From Endomicrobium sp. (GTDB lineage: Bacteria; Elusimicrobiota; Endomicrobiia; Endomicrobiales; Endomicrobiaceae), in the NCBI GenBank assembly GCA_031290155.1, contig JAITOB010000008.1, forward strand, positions 14,603-78,602: a DNA stretch of 64,000 bases, given 5' to 3'. Within the stretch, counting starts at the first letter, position 1; the number at the start of each line of letters is the position of its first letter. Position numbers and translations under genes: made by a program. Below the pieces are notes generated by a model. The model was not told where the DNA came from and made no database searches. It saw only the letters and a program-made list of their open reading frames with translations. Shown piece after piece: positions 1-10,439 of this stretch.

Positions 1-588
1 TTTTTTGAAGATAGTGAAAATTTAATACTTTCAGCTGATACCATTGTTAAATTCGGTTTAAAAATAGGACTTAACATTTCGCAAGATATATATAAAGAGG
101 TTATATCTCATAATACGTTAAACAGAGTAGTTTGCGACACATTAATTTTATTGTCAAAAAGATCATATAGCGTCAAAAATTTGCAAACAAAGCTTATTCA
201 AAGAGGTTATGAATCTCAAAAGGTGGATGAAGCTGTTAAAAGACTTGAAGAATTAAATTATATCAATGATGAAAAATTTGCAAAAACTTATGCGGTTTAT
301 TTATCGGAAAAAGGTAAAGGAGAGTTTGCTATAAAAGCTGAGCTTGAAAAACAAGGCGTAGAAAGAAATTTAATAAAAGACGTTATGGCAAAAATTAAAA
401 CTGATATAGATCCTTATGAACAAATTGCTAAATTATTAAAAGTTAAATTTAAAAATTTTAATGGTGAAAATAAAAATGAAGCAAGAAGAGCGTTATCGTT
501 TTTTTTAAGAAGAGGCTTTTCTTATGAAAGTATAGTAAAAGTCTTTAGAGCCTGTATTAAAGAAATGGAAGATATTTCTATTGAATAA
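1..588 (+). CDS. recX: Regulatory protein RecX (5' end probably upstream of the window)
   Basis: Frame 1 is open from base 1. Motifs 'LSKRSYS', 'LEELNYINDEKFA', 'KGEFAIKAELEKQGV' and 'FFLRRGFSY' fit RecX. Confidence 0.85.
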   Translation, partial: FFEDSENLILSADTIVKFGLKIGLNISQDIYKEVISHNTLNRVVCDTLILLSKRSYSVKNLQTKLIQRGYESQKVDEAVKRLEELNYINDEKFAKTYAVYLSEKGKGEFAIKAELEKQGVERNLIKDVMAKIKTDIDPYEQIAKLLKVKFKNFNGENKNEARRALSFFLRRGFSYESIVKVFRACIKEMEDISIE

Positions 589-601
589 AAGGGAGAATTA
601 T

Positions 602-2158
602 ATGCCGACAGCATTGCTTAGTGTTGCAGATAAAACCGGTATCATCGATTTTGCAAAAGATTTGAAATCTTTAAACTGGAACATAATATCCAGCGGCGGG
701 ACTGCAAAACCTCTAAAAGAAAATTTTATCGAATGTCAGGAAATATCTGAAATTACCGAGTTTCCTGAAATTTTAGACGGCAGAGTAAAAACCTTAAATC
801 CTAAAATACACGGCGGAATTCTTGCAGTAAGAAATAACCCCGAACATATTAAGCAGTTAAAATATCATGAAATAGGAGTAATAGACATAGTGGCTGTGAG
901 TTTGTATCCTTTTGAAAAAACCGTAAGCAAGATACCGAAACCGTCAGATAAAAAAATAGACCAAAATGTTATAGAAAATATAGATATAGGCGGCGTTGCT
1001 CTTTTAAGAGCCGCGGCAAAGAACTATAAAGATGTTATAGTTATATGTGATGCGAGTGATTATAATATTATAATTGAAAGTATAAAAAATAATTCTATTA
1101 CAGAAGACCTTAAACTTAGTTTTGCGGCAAAAGCTTTCCAACATACTGCGTATTACGATTCTTTAATTGCGACCTATTTAACATGTGAAAAATTTCCTGT
1201 ACAAATAGCAATACCGCTTAGAAAGGTTTCGGAATTAAGATACGGCGAAAATCCGCACCAGGAAGCCGCTCTATATTCTAACGGAGCAGCAAAATGTAAA
1301 CCTGTTGTAGTATCTGCTAAACAGCTTAATGGCAAAAAATTGTCTTATAATAACTATATTGATTTAGAATCGGCATGGCATTTGGTACACGAATTTGATG
1401 ATCCGGCATGCGCGATTGTAAAACATAATAATCCTTGCGGCTGCGCTGAAAGTATGGATATAAAGGACGCCTATTTAAAAGCTTTATCATGCGATCCAGT
1501 AAGTGCTTTTGGCGGAATAATAGCGTTTAATAATCCCGTTGAAGAAAATACTGCTTATGAAATAAGCAGACTATTTGTAGAGTGTATTATAGCTCCCGGT
1601 TATTCTAAAGATGCATTGGATATTCTTATGCAGAAAAAAAATATCAGAATTTTAATACAGGAAATTCCGTATAAAAAAGAAGAACAATCTATTGAGTACA
1701 GAATAATGTCTTGTGGTATGCTTGCACAGGATAAAGACAATCAGCTTTTAACAGATATAAAATTTATGACAAAACGCCATCCTACAAAAGAAGAAACCAT
1801 ATCTTTAGATTTTGCATGGAAAGTTTCAAAGCATGTTAAGTCAAATGCTGTAATCCTTGCAAGAGGCAGTCAGATTGTAGGTATAGGCGCAGGACAGATG
1901 AGTCGTATTGACTCATTAAAGATAGCAGTTGAAAAAATGAAAAGTGTTAAACACGGGTTGGATGAAAAATTATACCCGCTTGTTCTGGCGTCAGATGCTT
2001 TTTTTCCGTTTCCGGATGTAGTTGAAGAATCTGCTAAAGTTGGTGTTATGGCAATAGTGCAGCCCGGCGGTTCAATAAAAGATGGTGAATCAATTCAAGC
2101 TGCAGATGAAAAAAACATAGCGATGATTTCTACCGGTATGAGACATTTCAAGCATTAA
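602..2158 (+). CDS. purH: Bifunctional AICAR transformylase/IMP cyclohydrolase
   Basis: ALLSVADK, GRVKTLNP, ENIDIGG, LRYGENPHQ, KHNNPCG, SDAFFPF and the RHFKH terminus. ATG at 602 follows a GGGAG RBS. Confidence 0.97.
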   Translation: MPTALLSVADKTGIIDFAKDLKSLNWNIISSGGTAKPLKENFIECQEISEITEFPEILDGRVKTLNPKIHGGILAVRNNPEHIKQLKYHEIGVIDIVAVSLYPFEKTVSKIPKPSDKKIDQNVIENIDIGGVALLRAAAKNYKDVIVICDASDYNIIIESIKNNSITEDLKLSFAAKAFQHTAYYDSLIATYLTCEKFPVQIAIPLRKVSELRYGENPHQEAALYSNGAAKCKPVVVSAKQLNGKKLSYNNYIDLESAWHLVHEFDDPACAIVKHNNPCGCAESMDIKDAYLKALSCDPVSAFGGIIAFNNPVEENTAYEISRLFVECIIAPGYSKDALDILMQKKNIRILIQEIPYKKEEQSIEYRIMSCGMLAQDKDNQLLTDIKFMTKRHPTKEETISLDFAWKVSKHVKSNAVILARGSQIVGIGAGQMSRIDSLKIAVEKMKSVKHGLDEKLYPLVLASDAFFPFPDVVEESAKVGVMAIVQPGGSIKDGESIQAADEKNIAMISTGMRHFKH

Positions 2159-2230
2159 TTCGCTACTATTGTTTTATGTTAAAAATTGTGATTTTTAACC
2201 GTTAAGGATATATGGTCGGTCTATAAAAAA

Positions 2231-3052
2231 ATGAAACAGCCAAAAAAGAAAATCAATATTGCAGATATAACGGCTTTAGAAAAAAATTTTAAATTTAAAG
2301 GTCTTAATACGGTATGTCAAAGCGCAAAATGTCCTAATATAGGAGAATGTTTTAAAAAAAGAACCGCTACTTTTTTAATATTAGGCAGGTATTGCACAAG
2401 GGGTTGTGATTTTTGTGCTGTAGAAAAATATAACCCTGAAGTTGTAGATATAAATGAACCGTATAAAATTGCAGAAACAATTAAAGAACTTGGTCTTTCG
2501 TACAGCGTTATAACTTCGGTTACAAGAGATGATTTGACTGACGGAGGAGCAAAACATTTTGCAAAAACTGTTAATGCGATAAAAATCGTTCTGCCTGATA
2601 ATAAAGTTGAGGTACTTGTTCCTGATTTTTTTGGCGATACAAAATTGATAGATGTTGTTTTAAATGCAAAACCTGATGTTTTTTCGCATAATTTAGAAAC
2701 AGTTCCTGATTTATACGGTAAAGCAAGAAAAGGAGCCAGTTATAGTCGTTCTCTTTCAGTATTAAAATATGCTAAATCTGCAGGTTTTAAAGTTAAAACC
2801 GGAATAATGGTGGGACTTGGAGAAACTGAACCGCAAATTTTTGAAGTAATTAAAGATGTAAAAAATATAAATGTTGACGTTCTTACAATAGGACAGTATC
2901 TTGCTCCTACAAAGGAACATTACCCTGCAGTAAAAGAATATAATCCAGAGGAGTTTAAAGTAATAGAAAATTTTGCTGTTTCAATAGGAATAAAACAAAT
3001 TATTTCCGGGAGATATGTTCGCAGCTCATATTTAGCAGAGGAAAAATTTTAG
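2231..3052 (+). CDS. lipA: Lipoyl synthase
   Basis: CX4CX5C (CQSAKCPNIGEC), radical SAM CX3CX2C (CTRGCDFC) and C-terminal RSSY. Confidence 0.95.
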   Translation: MKQPKKKINIADITALEKNFKFKGLNTVCQSAKCPNIGECFKKRTATFLILGRYCTRGCDFCAVEKYNPEVVDINEPYKIAETIKELGLSYSVITSVTRDDLTDGGAKHFAKTVNAIKIVLPDNKVEVLVPDFFGDTKLIDVVLNAKPDVFSHNLETVPDLYGKARKGASYSRSLSVLKYAKSAGFKVKTGIMVGLGETEPQIFEVIKDVKNINVDVLTIGQYLAPTKEHYPAVKEYNPEEFKVIENFAVSIGIKQIISGRYVRSSYLAEEKF

Positions 3053-3210
3053 ATTTATATAATAGTAGGTAAAAGTAGTATAAAACCTTAAGAGAACAAA
3101 GTTTTTAGCGCCGTATTTTTAAAGGATTTAATTATTGTTAAAGTTATATAGTTAAGCAGGGTAAGACTGGTAAATAAATTGGAATAAAAAAATAAGGAGG
3201 CTTATCTTAA

Positions 3211-4428
3211 ATGAAAGTATTGGTTGTTAATTGCGGTTCATCTTCAGTCAAATATACTCTGTTTGAGATGGAAAATGAGAAAAAAATTGCTTGGGGTTTA
3301 GTTGAATGTGTCGGCCTTCCTGAAGCTTATTATAAAAGACAAGCGATAAATGCTAAAGAGAAGAAAGATTCTTTAAAAATTACAAGCCATATAAAAGCGG
3401 TTGAACTTATAATTGAAGATCTTTTAGATAAAGAAACAGGAAGTATTGCAAATATAAATGAAATTGCCGTTGTAGGGCACAGAATAGTCCACGGCAGCGA
3501 TAAGTTTTCGGAGTCGGTTTTGCTTACTGAAGAAGTAAAAAAAGAATTAAAAGAGTGTTTTTCAATAGCTCCTTTACATAATCCGGCGAATTATGATGGT
3601 ATTCTTGCTGTAGAAAAAATGCTGCCAAAAATTCCATCTGTTTTAGTTTTTGATACTGCATTTCACCAGACAATGCCTGATTATGCGTATATGTATGCCA
3701 TACCGTATGAATATTACGAAAAAGATCATATAAGGAGATACGGTTTTCATGGAACTTCGCATAACTATGTTTCGCAGAGAGCAGCTTCAATACTTGGAAA
3801 ACCTTTAAGCGAATTAAAATTAATTACGGCTCATCTGGGTAACGGTAGCAGTATAACCGCGATTGATAAAGGAAAAGTTATAGACACTTCTATGGGATTT
3901 ACGCCGCTGCCGGGGGTTGTAATGGGGACAAGGTGCGGTGATATAGATCCGGCAATTATTTATTATATTTTAAACAAATATCCTCAATATAAAGATGGAG
4001 ACAATTTAAATACTTTGATGAATAAAAAAAGCGGATTACTTGGTATATCTGGACTTTCTGCCGATGTAAGAACTATTGTTAAAGCGACTGAGACGGGTAA
4101 TAAAAAAGCGAAACTTGCTTTTGAAATGCTTTGTTACAGTGTTAAAAAATATATAAGTGCGTATTATGGGATACTAAATGGTATTGATGGTTTAGTTTTT
4201 ACGGCAGGTATAGGAGAAAATTCTGCTTCTATTAGAGAATTAATATGTAAAAATTTACATGCTTTAGGAATTGAAATAGATATAAATAAAAATAATATAA
4301 CATCAAACGAAGAGAGGTTTATTTCAACTCAAGAATCTAAAGTAAAAGTTATGATAATTCCAACAAATGAAGAGTTAATGATTGCAAGAGAGTCAAAGCT
4401 TTGTTTGCTGTCCGCAGAAAAAGTATAA
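3211..4428 (+). CDS. ackA: Acetate kinase
   Basis: [38 protein letters not shown] and PTNEELMIA. Confidence 0.97.
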   Translation: MKVLVVNCGSSSVKYTLFEMENEKKIAWGLVECVGLPEAYYKRQAINAKEKKDSLKITSHIKAVELIIEDLLDKETGSIANINEIAVVGHRIVHGSDKFSESVLLTEEVKKELKECFSIAPLHNPANYDGILAVEKMLPKIPSVLVFDTAFHQTMPDYAYMYAIPYEYYEKDHIRRYGFHGTSHNYVSQRAASILGKPLSELKLITAHLGNGSSITAIDKGKVIDTSMGFTPLPGVVMGTRCGDIDPAIIYYILNKYPQYKDGDNLNTLMNKKSGLLGISGLSADVRTIVKATETGNKKAKLAFEMLCYSVKKYISAYYGILNGIDGLVFTAGIGENSASIRELICKNLHALGIEIDINKNNITSNEERFISTQESKVKVMIIPTNEELMIARESKLCLLSAEKV

Positions 4429-4447
4429 TAAACAGTAAGTTTTAATT

Positions 4448-4475
4448 TTGACAAATACATTATAAAACTTATAAT
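4448..4475 (+). promoter_or_regulatory. Sigma70-type promoter for the yceD-rpmF-plsX-fab operon
   Basis: TTGACA (4448-4453), 16-nt spacer, TATAAT (4470-4475). Confidence 0.65.
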
Positions 4476-4488
4476 CTAAAGAATTTTT

Positions 4489-4953
4489 ATGAATGAATTA
4501 ATTTTAAGTTTATCTGATTTTTTAAAAAGGCACTATTGAAGTTAAAATAGACAAATACAAAGGCAGTATAAATTATTGCAAGTATGATATTTTGGCAGTG
4601 TTTAAAGCTGATAAAATATCTGACAATGATATACACCATTCAAGGAGATATAAAAGGTTTGATTTATCTTGAGTGTTCTCGGTGTCTTTAGCGTTTACGG
4701 ACACAATATAGAAATTGCTGTAAACGCCAATATGAATGTTTAACGGTAAGGTTGATGTTTGTTAATGAAGAGGTATGGCCGCTTGCTGATACTTGAAATG
4801 CCTGATAAACCATTATGCAGCAAAGGCTGTTTAGGTATATATAAAGTTTGTGGCAGACGCAATAAAGAGAATGATTCCTGTTATTGTTATGACGGTATAT
4901 GATAATATTGTAAAAGAAAGACGGAAAGACATACTAAATATCGGAGGAAATAA
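4489..4953 (+). pseudogene. yceD: YceD/DUF177 family pseudogene
   Basis: Broken frames carry 'LECSRCL' and 'EMPDKPLCSKGCLG'. Canonical position immediately upstream of rpmF. Confidence 0.75.
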
Positions 4954-4955
4954 AA

Positions 4956-5204
4956 GTGCCAAATCCAAAAAGAAAACATACCCCTCATCGTAGGGATTGC
5001 AGAAGATCAGCGAATTCAAAACTTGATATGCCGAATTTAAGCAAGTGTTCAAACTGCGGTGCAGTGAAATTGCCGCATAAAATATGCCATGAATGCGGTT
5101 TTTATAATGGAAAGCTTATTATGCCTAAAAAAGTAAAAAAATCTGCTGAGTCAGTTGAGTCAAGCGATAAAAGAGGCTCCATAAATAATGATAATCGCAG
5201 TTGA
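4956..5204 (+). CDS. rpmF: 50S ribosomal protein L32 (zinc-ribbon form)
   Basis: GTG start after GGAGG. PKRK, CSNC...PHKICHECGFY; upstream of plsX. Confidence 0.93.
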   Translation: MPNPKRKHTPHRRDCRRSANSKLDMPNLSKCSNCGAVKLPHKICHECGFYNGKLIMPKKVKKSAESVESSDKRGSINNDNRS

Positions 5205-6204
5205 TGCAATGGGCGGAGATTTTGCGCCTGAGGCAACAGTTGAAGGTGCAATTCTTGCTGATAAAGCATCTAAACATAAAATTCTGCTTGTAGGTCCAGA
5301 AAAGCTTATAGCAAAAGAACTCTTAAAACACAGCAAGCGTTGTGACATTATGTTGCTTAATATTGAAATAGTAAACGCAACGGAAGTTATTGCGATGGAT
5401 GAACATCCTGCAAAAGCCGTGAGACAAAAAAAAGATTCTTCTTTGTCTATCTGCGCAAAGCTTGTAGCGGAAGGAAAAGCGGATGCTTTTGTTTCTATGG
5501 GTAACTCAGGAGCAGCTATGGCGGCTGCGCTTTTTTGTTTAAAAAGAATAGAAGGTGTTATAAGACCTGCAATTGCAATGCCTTTTCCTACTATTGACGG
5601 TCATTGTACCATTGCCGATATGGGTGCAAATGTAGACTGTAAGCCCGAGCAGCTTCTTCAATTTGGAATAATGGCAAGCTTATTTAGTGAAAAAGTTATC
5701 GGTATAGAAAAACCAAGAGTAGGGTTGGTTTCAATTGGCGAAGAGCCCACTAAAGGAAATGAACTTACTTTAGCGGCTTTCAATCTTTTAAAAAAAGCAG
5801 ATATAAATTTTATAGGCAATGTTGAGGGGATAGATATCCCCAAAGCTAAAGCCGATGTAGTTATATGCGATGGATTTGTAGGTAATGTGATATTAAAGTT
5901 CGGTGAAGGACTTGCTGAAATGATGCTTAAACTTGTAAAGAAAGAATTAAAACAGCATCCTATAGCGTGGGCGTCTCTTCCTTTCTTGTGGTTTGCAATA
6001 AAAGATTTAAGGAATAAAGTTGATTACAGCGAGTTCGGTGGAGCGCCGCTTTTGGGCATTAACGGTGTATGTATAATAGGACACGGAAGTTCAAACAGTA
6101 AAGCGGTTAAGAATGCAATTCTTGCCGGAGCAAGAGCTGTAAAACATAATCTTACAGTTGAAATTAAAGAAGCAATAGCGAGCTACAATAATAAGGTTAT
6201 ATAA
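5188..6204 (+). CDS. plsX: Phosphate acyltransferase PlsX
   Basis: IAVDAMGGDFAP, GANVDC, CDGFVGN, GGAPLLG and GHGSS. Confidence 0.97.
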   Translation: MIIAVDAMGGDFAPEATVEGAILADKASKHKILLVGPEKLIAKELLKHSKRCDIMLLNIEIVNATEVIAMDEHPAKAVRQKKDSSLSICAKLVAEGKADAFVSMGNSGAAMAAALFCLKRIEGVIRPAIAMPFPTIDGHCTIADMGANVDCKPEQLLQFGIMASLFSEKVIGIEKPRVGLVSIGEEPTKGNELTLAAFNLLKKADINFIGNVEGIDIPKAKADVVICDGFVGNVILKFGEGLAEMMLKLVKKELKQHPIAWASLPFLWFAIKDLRNKVDYSEFGGAPLLGINGVCIIGHGSSNSKAVKNAILAGARAVKHNLTVEIKEAIASYNNKVI

Positions 6205-6206
6205 AA

Positions 6207-7196
6207 ATGGATAAAAAGGTTGGGGTAAAAATTTTAGGCACCGGTTCATATTTTCCCAAAAAAATTCTCACAAACGCGGATTTGGAAAAGACGGTTGATA
6301 CTTCTGATGAATGGATAAGCGCTAGAACAGGCATTAGAGAAAGGAGAATATCGGAAAATAACGAACCGACTTCCGAACTTGCGTATAAAGCTTCTATTGA
6401 TGCTTTAGAGTCTGCAGGTATTAAATCTGAACAGATAGATTTAATACTAGTTGCAACGACTACTCCTGATATGTTATGCCCGTCAACTGCATGTTTTTTG
6501 CAGATGAAGCTGGGGCTTACTTTTGCGCCTGCATTTGATATATCTGCTGCATGCAGCGGTTTTATTTACGGAATTTCGGTAGCAAAGGCGTTTATTGAAT
6601 CTGGATTATATAAAACGATTTTATTGGTCGGAGCAGAAGAACTTTCAAAAGTTACAGACTGGACAGATAGAAGCACTTGTGTTTTATTCGGTGACGGGGC
6701 TGGAGCAATGATTTTATCAGTTTCACAAGAAAATGACGATGTTTTATCTGTAGTCCTTGGAGCAAATGGGTTGTATTCAGATTTACTTTTTTTACCGGCC
6801 GGCGGAACAGCGCATCCTGCAACAACAGAGACTGTGAATAAAAAAATGCATACAATAAAAATGCGCGGCAGAGAAGTTTTTAAAGTCGCTGTGTCGAAAA
6901 TGGCGCTTGCTGCTGTAAAAGCGCTTGAACTTTCTGGAAAAAAACGTAAAGATATCAAGCTTTTTATTCCACATCAGGCAAATATGAGAATTATTGAGGC
7001 GGTTGCAAAAAAAATGGGTATACCTATGGATAAAATTTTTGTCAATATTCATAAAACAGGAAATATTTCAACTGCAACTACGATTACGGCGCTTGATGAA
7101 GCTGTTAAAACTGGTAAACTGCAGAAAGGCGATCTTGTAGAATTGGTTGCATTTGGCGGCGGTTTTACTTGGGGCGCTACAGTTATAAGGGTATAA
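6207..7196 (+). CDS. fabH: 3-oxoacyl-ACP synthase III
   Basis: DTSDEWI, AACSGF, FGDGAGA, PHQAN and GN catalytic motifs. Confidence 0.97.
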   Translation: MDKKVGVKILGTGSYFPKKILTNADLEKTVDTSDEWISARTGIRERRISENNEPTSELAYKASIDALESAGIKSEQIDLILVATTTPDMLCPSTACFLQMKLGLTFAPAFDISAACSGFIYGISVAKAFIESGLYKTILLVGAEELSKVTDWTDRSTCVLFGDGAGAMILSVSQENDDVLSVVLGANGLYSDLLFLPAGGTAHPATTETVNKKMHTIKMRGREVFKVAVSKMALAAVKALELSGKKRKDIKLFIPHQANMRIIEAVAKKMGIPMDKIFVNIHKTGNISTATTITALDEAVKTGKLQKGDLVELVAFGGGFTWGATVIRV

Positions 7197-7198
7197 AA

Positions 7199-8128
7199 AT
7201 GTCAAAAATAGCATTAATGTTCCCAGGTCAAGGCGCCCAAACAGTTGGAATGGGAAAAGATATTTATTATAAATATTCTAAAGCTAAAGAAATAATAGAT
7301 TCGGCGGGAAATGACCTTAAAGGTATTATTTTTGAGGGACCGGAAGAAACATTAAAACTTACTAAATATATACAACCGGCAATATTTACAGTTAGTATTG
7401 CTGCTTTTGAAGCTTTTAAAGAATCTTATAATATTTCAAACATCGAATTTGTCGCAGCGGGACATTCTTTGGGTGAATATTCTGCTTTGTGCGCCGCTGG
7501 ATTTTTTGATTTTAAAGATGGTTTGTCTATGGTCAAGGCGAGAGGAGAATTTTTTCAGAAAGCGTCTGAAAACAATCCGGGAACAATGGCTGCTATAATG
7601 GGCATGGAAAAATCTGCAGTTGAAAATGTATGCAAACAAGCATCATCGGTAGGCGTATGCGAAGCGGTTAATTTTAATTCGCCTGGACAGATAGTTATAG
7701 CCGGAACAATTTCAGCAATAAATAAAGCTGTTGAACTTGTAACATCTTTGGGGGCAAAAGCTGTTATATTGAATGTTTCGGGTCCTTTTCACTCTTCGCT
7801 TATGACGTCAGCTTCTAATAATATGGCGAAAGAACTTGAGAAATATAACTTTCATACGCCGTCTTTTGGGGTATATACAAACTGCGATGCGTCACTTACT
7901 GTAGATGTGTCCGATGTTAAGTGTAGGCTTGTAAAACAAATTAAAAGTCCTGTAAAATGGAATGAAAGCATACATAACATTGTTGCAGCAGGGTATGATC
8001 AATTTGTGGAAATAGGACCCGGAAAAGTTTTGTCGGGGCTTTTAAGAAGAATAGACAGATCAAAAAAAGCATTAAATATAGAGGATTCAATAAGTTTACG
8101 AAAAACACTGGAGGAATTAAGTAAATGA
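7199..8128 (+). CDS. fabD: Malonyl-CoA:ACP transacylase
   Basis: FPGQGAQ, GHSLGEY, SGPFHS and EIGPG. Confidence 0.97.
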   Translation: MSKIALMFPGQGAQTVGMGKDIYYKYSKAKEIIDSAGNDLKGIIFEGPEETLKLTKYIQPAIFTVSIAAFEAFKESYNISNIEFVAAGHSLGEYSALCAAGFFDFKDGLSMVKARGEFFQKASENNPGTMAAIMGMEKSAVENVCKQASSVGVCEAVNFNSPGQIVIAGTISAINKAVELVTSLGAKAVILNVSGPFHSSLMTSASNNMAKELEKYNFHTPSFGVYTNCDASLTVDVSDVKCRLVKQIKSPVKWNESIHNIVAAGYDQFVEIGPGKVLSGLLRRIDRSKKALNIEDSISLRKTLEELSK

Positions 8129-8868
8129 AGCTTTATGGTAAAACGGCAGTTATTACAGGTTCAGCGCAGGGAATAGGGAAAGCCATAGCTGAGATTTTTG
8201 CTTCGGAAGGAGCTAAGATTGTAATTTCAGATATAAATATAGAGTCGGCGCAGCAAACAGCTGACGCAATCAAAACACAATATGCTATAGAAGCTATAGC
8301 AGTCGCCGGAAACGTTTCAAAATTAGAAGATTGTGAAGTTTTGGTCAAAACTTCTCTTGACAAATTTAATAAAATAGATATACTAATCAACAACGCTGGA
8401 ATAACAAAAGATAATTTGGTTTTAAGAATGAGTGAAGCGGAGTGGGATGCGGTTATAGCAGTTAATTTAAAAGGTGTATTTAATTGTATAAAGTCTGTAA
8501 GCAGATATATGCTTAAAAGAAGAGAAGGGAGAATAATAAATATAGCTTCTGTAGTAGGTCAAATGGGCAATGCAGGTCAAATAAATTATTCTGCGTCAAA
8601 AGGCGGCATAATTGCAGTAACAAAAACTTGTGCAAGAGAATTTGCTTCAAGAAATATTTTGGTAAATGCTATTGCTCCTGGATTTATTCGGACAGCAATG
8701 ACAGATAAATTAACGGAAGAACAAAAACAAGCTATGACTTCAACAATACCGCTTGCAAGATTAGGGGAAGTTTCAGATATAGCAAAAGCATCGTTATTTT
8801 TAGCCGGCGACGATTCGGCTTATATAACGGGACAGGTTTTAGCCGTTAATGGCGGAATGTATATGTAG
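8125..8868 (+). CDS. fabG: 3-oxoacyl-ACP reductase
   Basis: TGSAQGIG, NNAGITKD, YSASK and operon context. Confidence 0.96.
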   Translation: MKLYGKTAVITGSAQGIGKAIAEIFASEGAKIVISDINIESAQQTADAIKTQYAIEAIAVAGNVSKLEDCEVLVKTSLDKFNKIDILINNAGITKDNLVLRMSEAEWDAVIAVNLKGVFNCIKSVSRYMLKRREGRIINIASVVGQMGNAGQINYSASKGGIIAVTKTCAREFASRNILVNAIAPGFIRTAMTDKLTEEQKQAMTSTIPLARLGEVSDIAKASLFLAGDDSAYITGQVLAVNGGMYM

Positions 8869-8946
8869 CAGATATATTTTATCTGTAAAAATAATATTAG
8901 AAAAATAAATAAAATGACGTAAAAAACAAAAGGAGGGACGTACAAA

Positions 8947-9186
8947 ATGGCAGATCTTGAGGCTAGAGTAAAAGAAATTATTGTTGAACAGTTAGGCGTG
9001 GATCCAGCTGAAGTAGCGGTCGGTGCATCGTTTGTTAATGACTTGGGTGCAGACTCTTTGGATACAGTAGAGCTTGTTATGGCATTTGAAGAAGAATTTG
9101 GAATTGAAATTCCAGATGAAGAAGCAGAAAAAATCCAGACTGTTGAAAATGCAGTAGAATATATTAAAACTCACGCTGCAAAATAA
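8947..9186 (+). CDS. acpP: Acyl carrier protein
   Basis: [12 protein letters not shown] phosphopantetheine site. Confidence 0.98.
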   Translation: MADLEARVKEIIVEQLGVDPAEVAVGASFVNDLGADSLDTVELVMAFEEEFGIEIPDEEAEKIQTVENAVEYIKTHAAK

Positions 9187-9195
9187 GGTATTAAG

Positions 9196-10437
9196 ATGAA
9201 TAAAAGAATCGCTATAACCGGTATAGGTGTTGTTACGCCTATCGGTATAGGCAATATTGCATTTACTAAAGCTTTAAAAGAAGGCAAATCAGGTGTTTCT
9301 ATAATTGAATCATTTGATACAAATGCATATTCCACAAAATTTGCTGCTGTTATTAAAAACTTTTACCCCGAACAATTTATTGATAAGAAGAAATTAAAAA
9401 GAATGGCAAGGTTTACGCAGCTTGGATTTGCCGCGACAAAACTGGCTATCGAAGATTCAGCTCTTGATCTTTCAAAAGAGGATTTGTCAAGAATCGGTGT
9501 TATAACTGGAACCGGTATAGGCGGTTTAGATGTAATTGAAGAAGAAGAACAGACTCTTTTAACAAAAGGCCCAAGAAGGGTGAGTCCTTTTTTAATTCCC
9601 ATGATAATTACAAATATACTACCGGGAGAAATAGCTATTAATTATGGTTTTACAGGACCAAATTATGCGATTGCAAGCGCATGTGCATCTTCTAACCATG
9701 CTATGGGAGATGCTTTGGGTTTGCTTCGTGGCGGCGATGTAGATATAGTTGTTACAGGGGGCGCGGAGGGTGCAATTGTTCCTTTAGGTCTCGCTGGTTT
9801 TTGTTCAATTAAAGCTCTCTCCCAGAGAAATAATGAACCGCAAAAAGCCTCAAGACCTTTTGATAAAAATCGTGATGGTTTTGTTATGGGTGAAGGCGCA
9901 GGTATAATTGTGCTTGAGACTTTAGAACATGCGTTAAACAGAGGTGCAAAAATATATGCAGAATTTGCAGGGTATGGCGCGTCTAATGATGCTTATCATA
10001 TTACTGCTCCTGAACCGGAAGGCAAAGCCGCTGGTTTTGCTATGGAAAAAGCAATAACCGATGCAGGTATTTCTAAAGAAGAAGTTGATTATATCAACGC
10101 ACACGGTACGTCAACTATTTTAAATGATAAAACAGAAACCTTTGTAATAAAAAAAGTTTTTGGAGAAAGAGCATACAAGATTCCGATTTCATCAACAAAA
10201 TCAATGACCGGACATCTTTTAGGCGGTGCCGCTGTTGTAGAACTTGCTGCAACGCTTCTTACAATGCGGGAAGGATTTATACATCCTACGATAAATTATG
10301 AAACGCCTGATCCAGACTGTGATTTGGATTATGTTCCAAATGCCGCAAGAATAAAGCAGATTAATTGTGCTCTTTCAAATTCTTTAGGCTTTGGTGGGCA
10401 TAACGCGACTATTGTAATAAAAAGATATGTTAAATAA
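9196..10437 (+). CDS. fabF: 3-oxoacyl-ACP synthase II
   Basis: SACAS, NAHGTST, KSMTGHLLG and SLGFGGHN. Confidence 0.97.
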   Translation: MNKRIAITGIGVVTPIGIGNIAFTKALKEGKSGVSIIESFDTNAYSTKFAAVIKNFYPEQFIDKKKLKRMARFTQLGFAATKLAIEDSALDLSKEDLSRIGVITGTGIGGLDVIEEEEQTLLTKGPRRVSPFLIPMIITNILPGEIAINYGFTGPNYAIASACASSNHAMGDALGLLRGGDVDIVVTGGAEGAIVPLGLAGFCSIKALSQRNNEPQKASRPFDKNRDGFVMGEGAGIIVLETLEHALNRGAKIYAEFAGYGASNDAYHITAPEPEGKAAGFAMEKAITDAGISKEEVDYINAHGTSTILNDKTETFVIKKVFGERAYKIPISSTKSMTGHLLGGAAVVELAATLLTMREGFIHPTINYETPDPDCDLDYVPNAARIKQINCALSNSLGFGGHNATIVIKRYVK

Positions 10438-10439
10438 AA

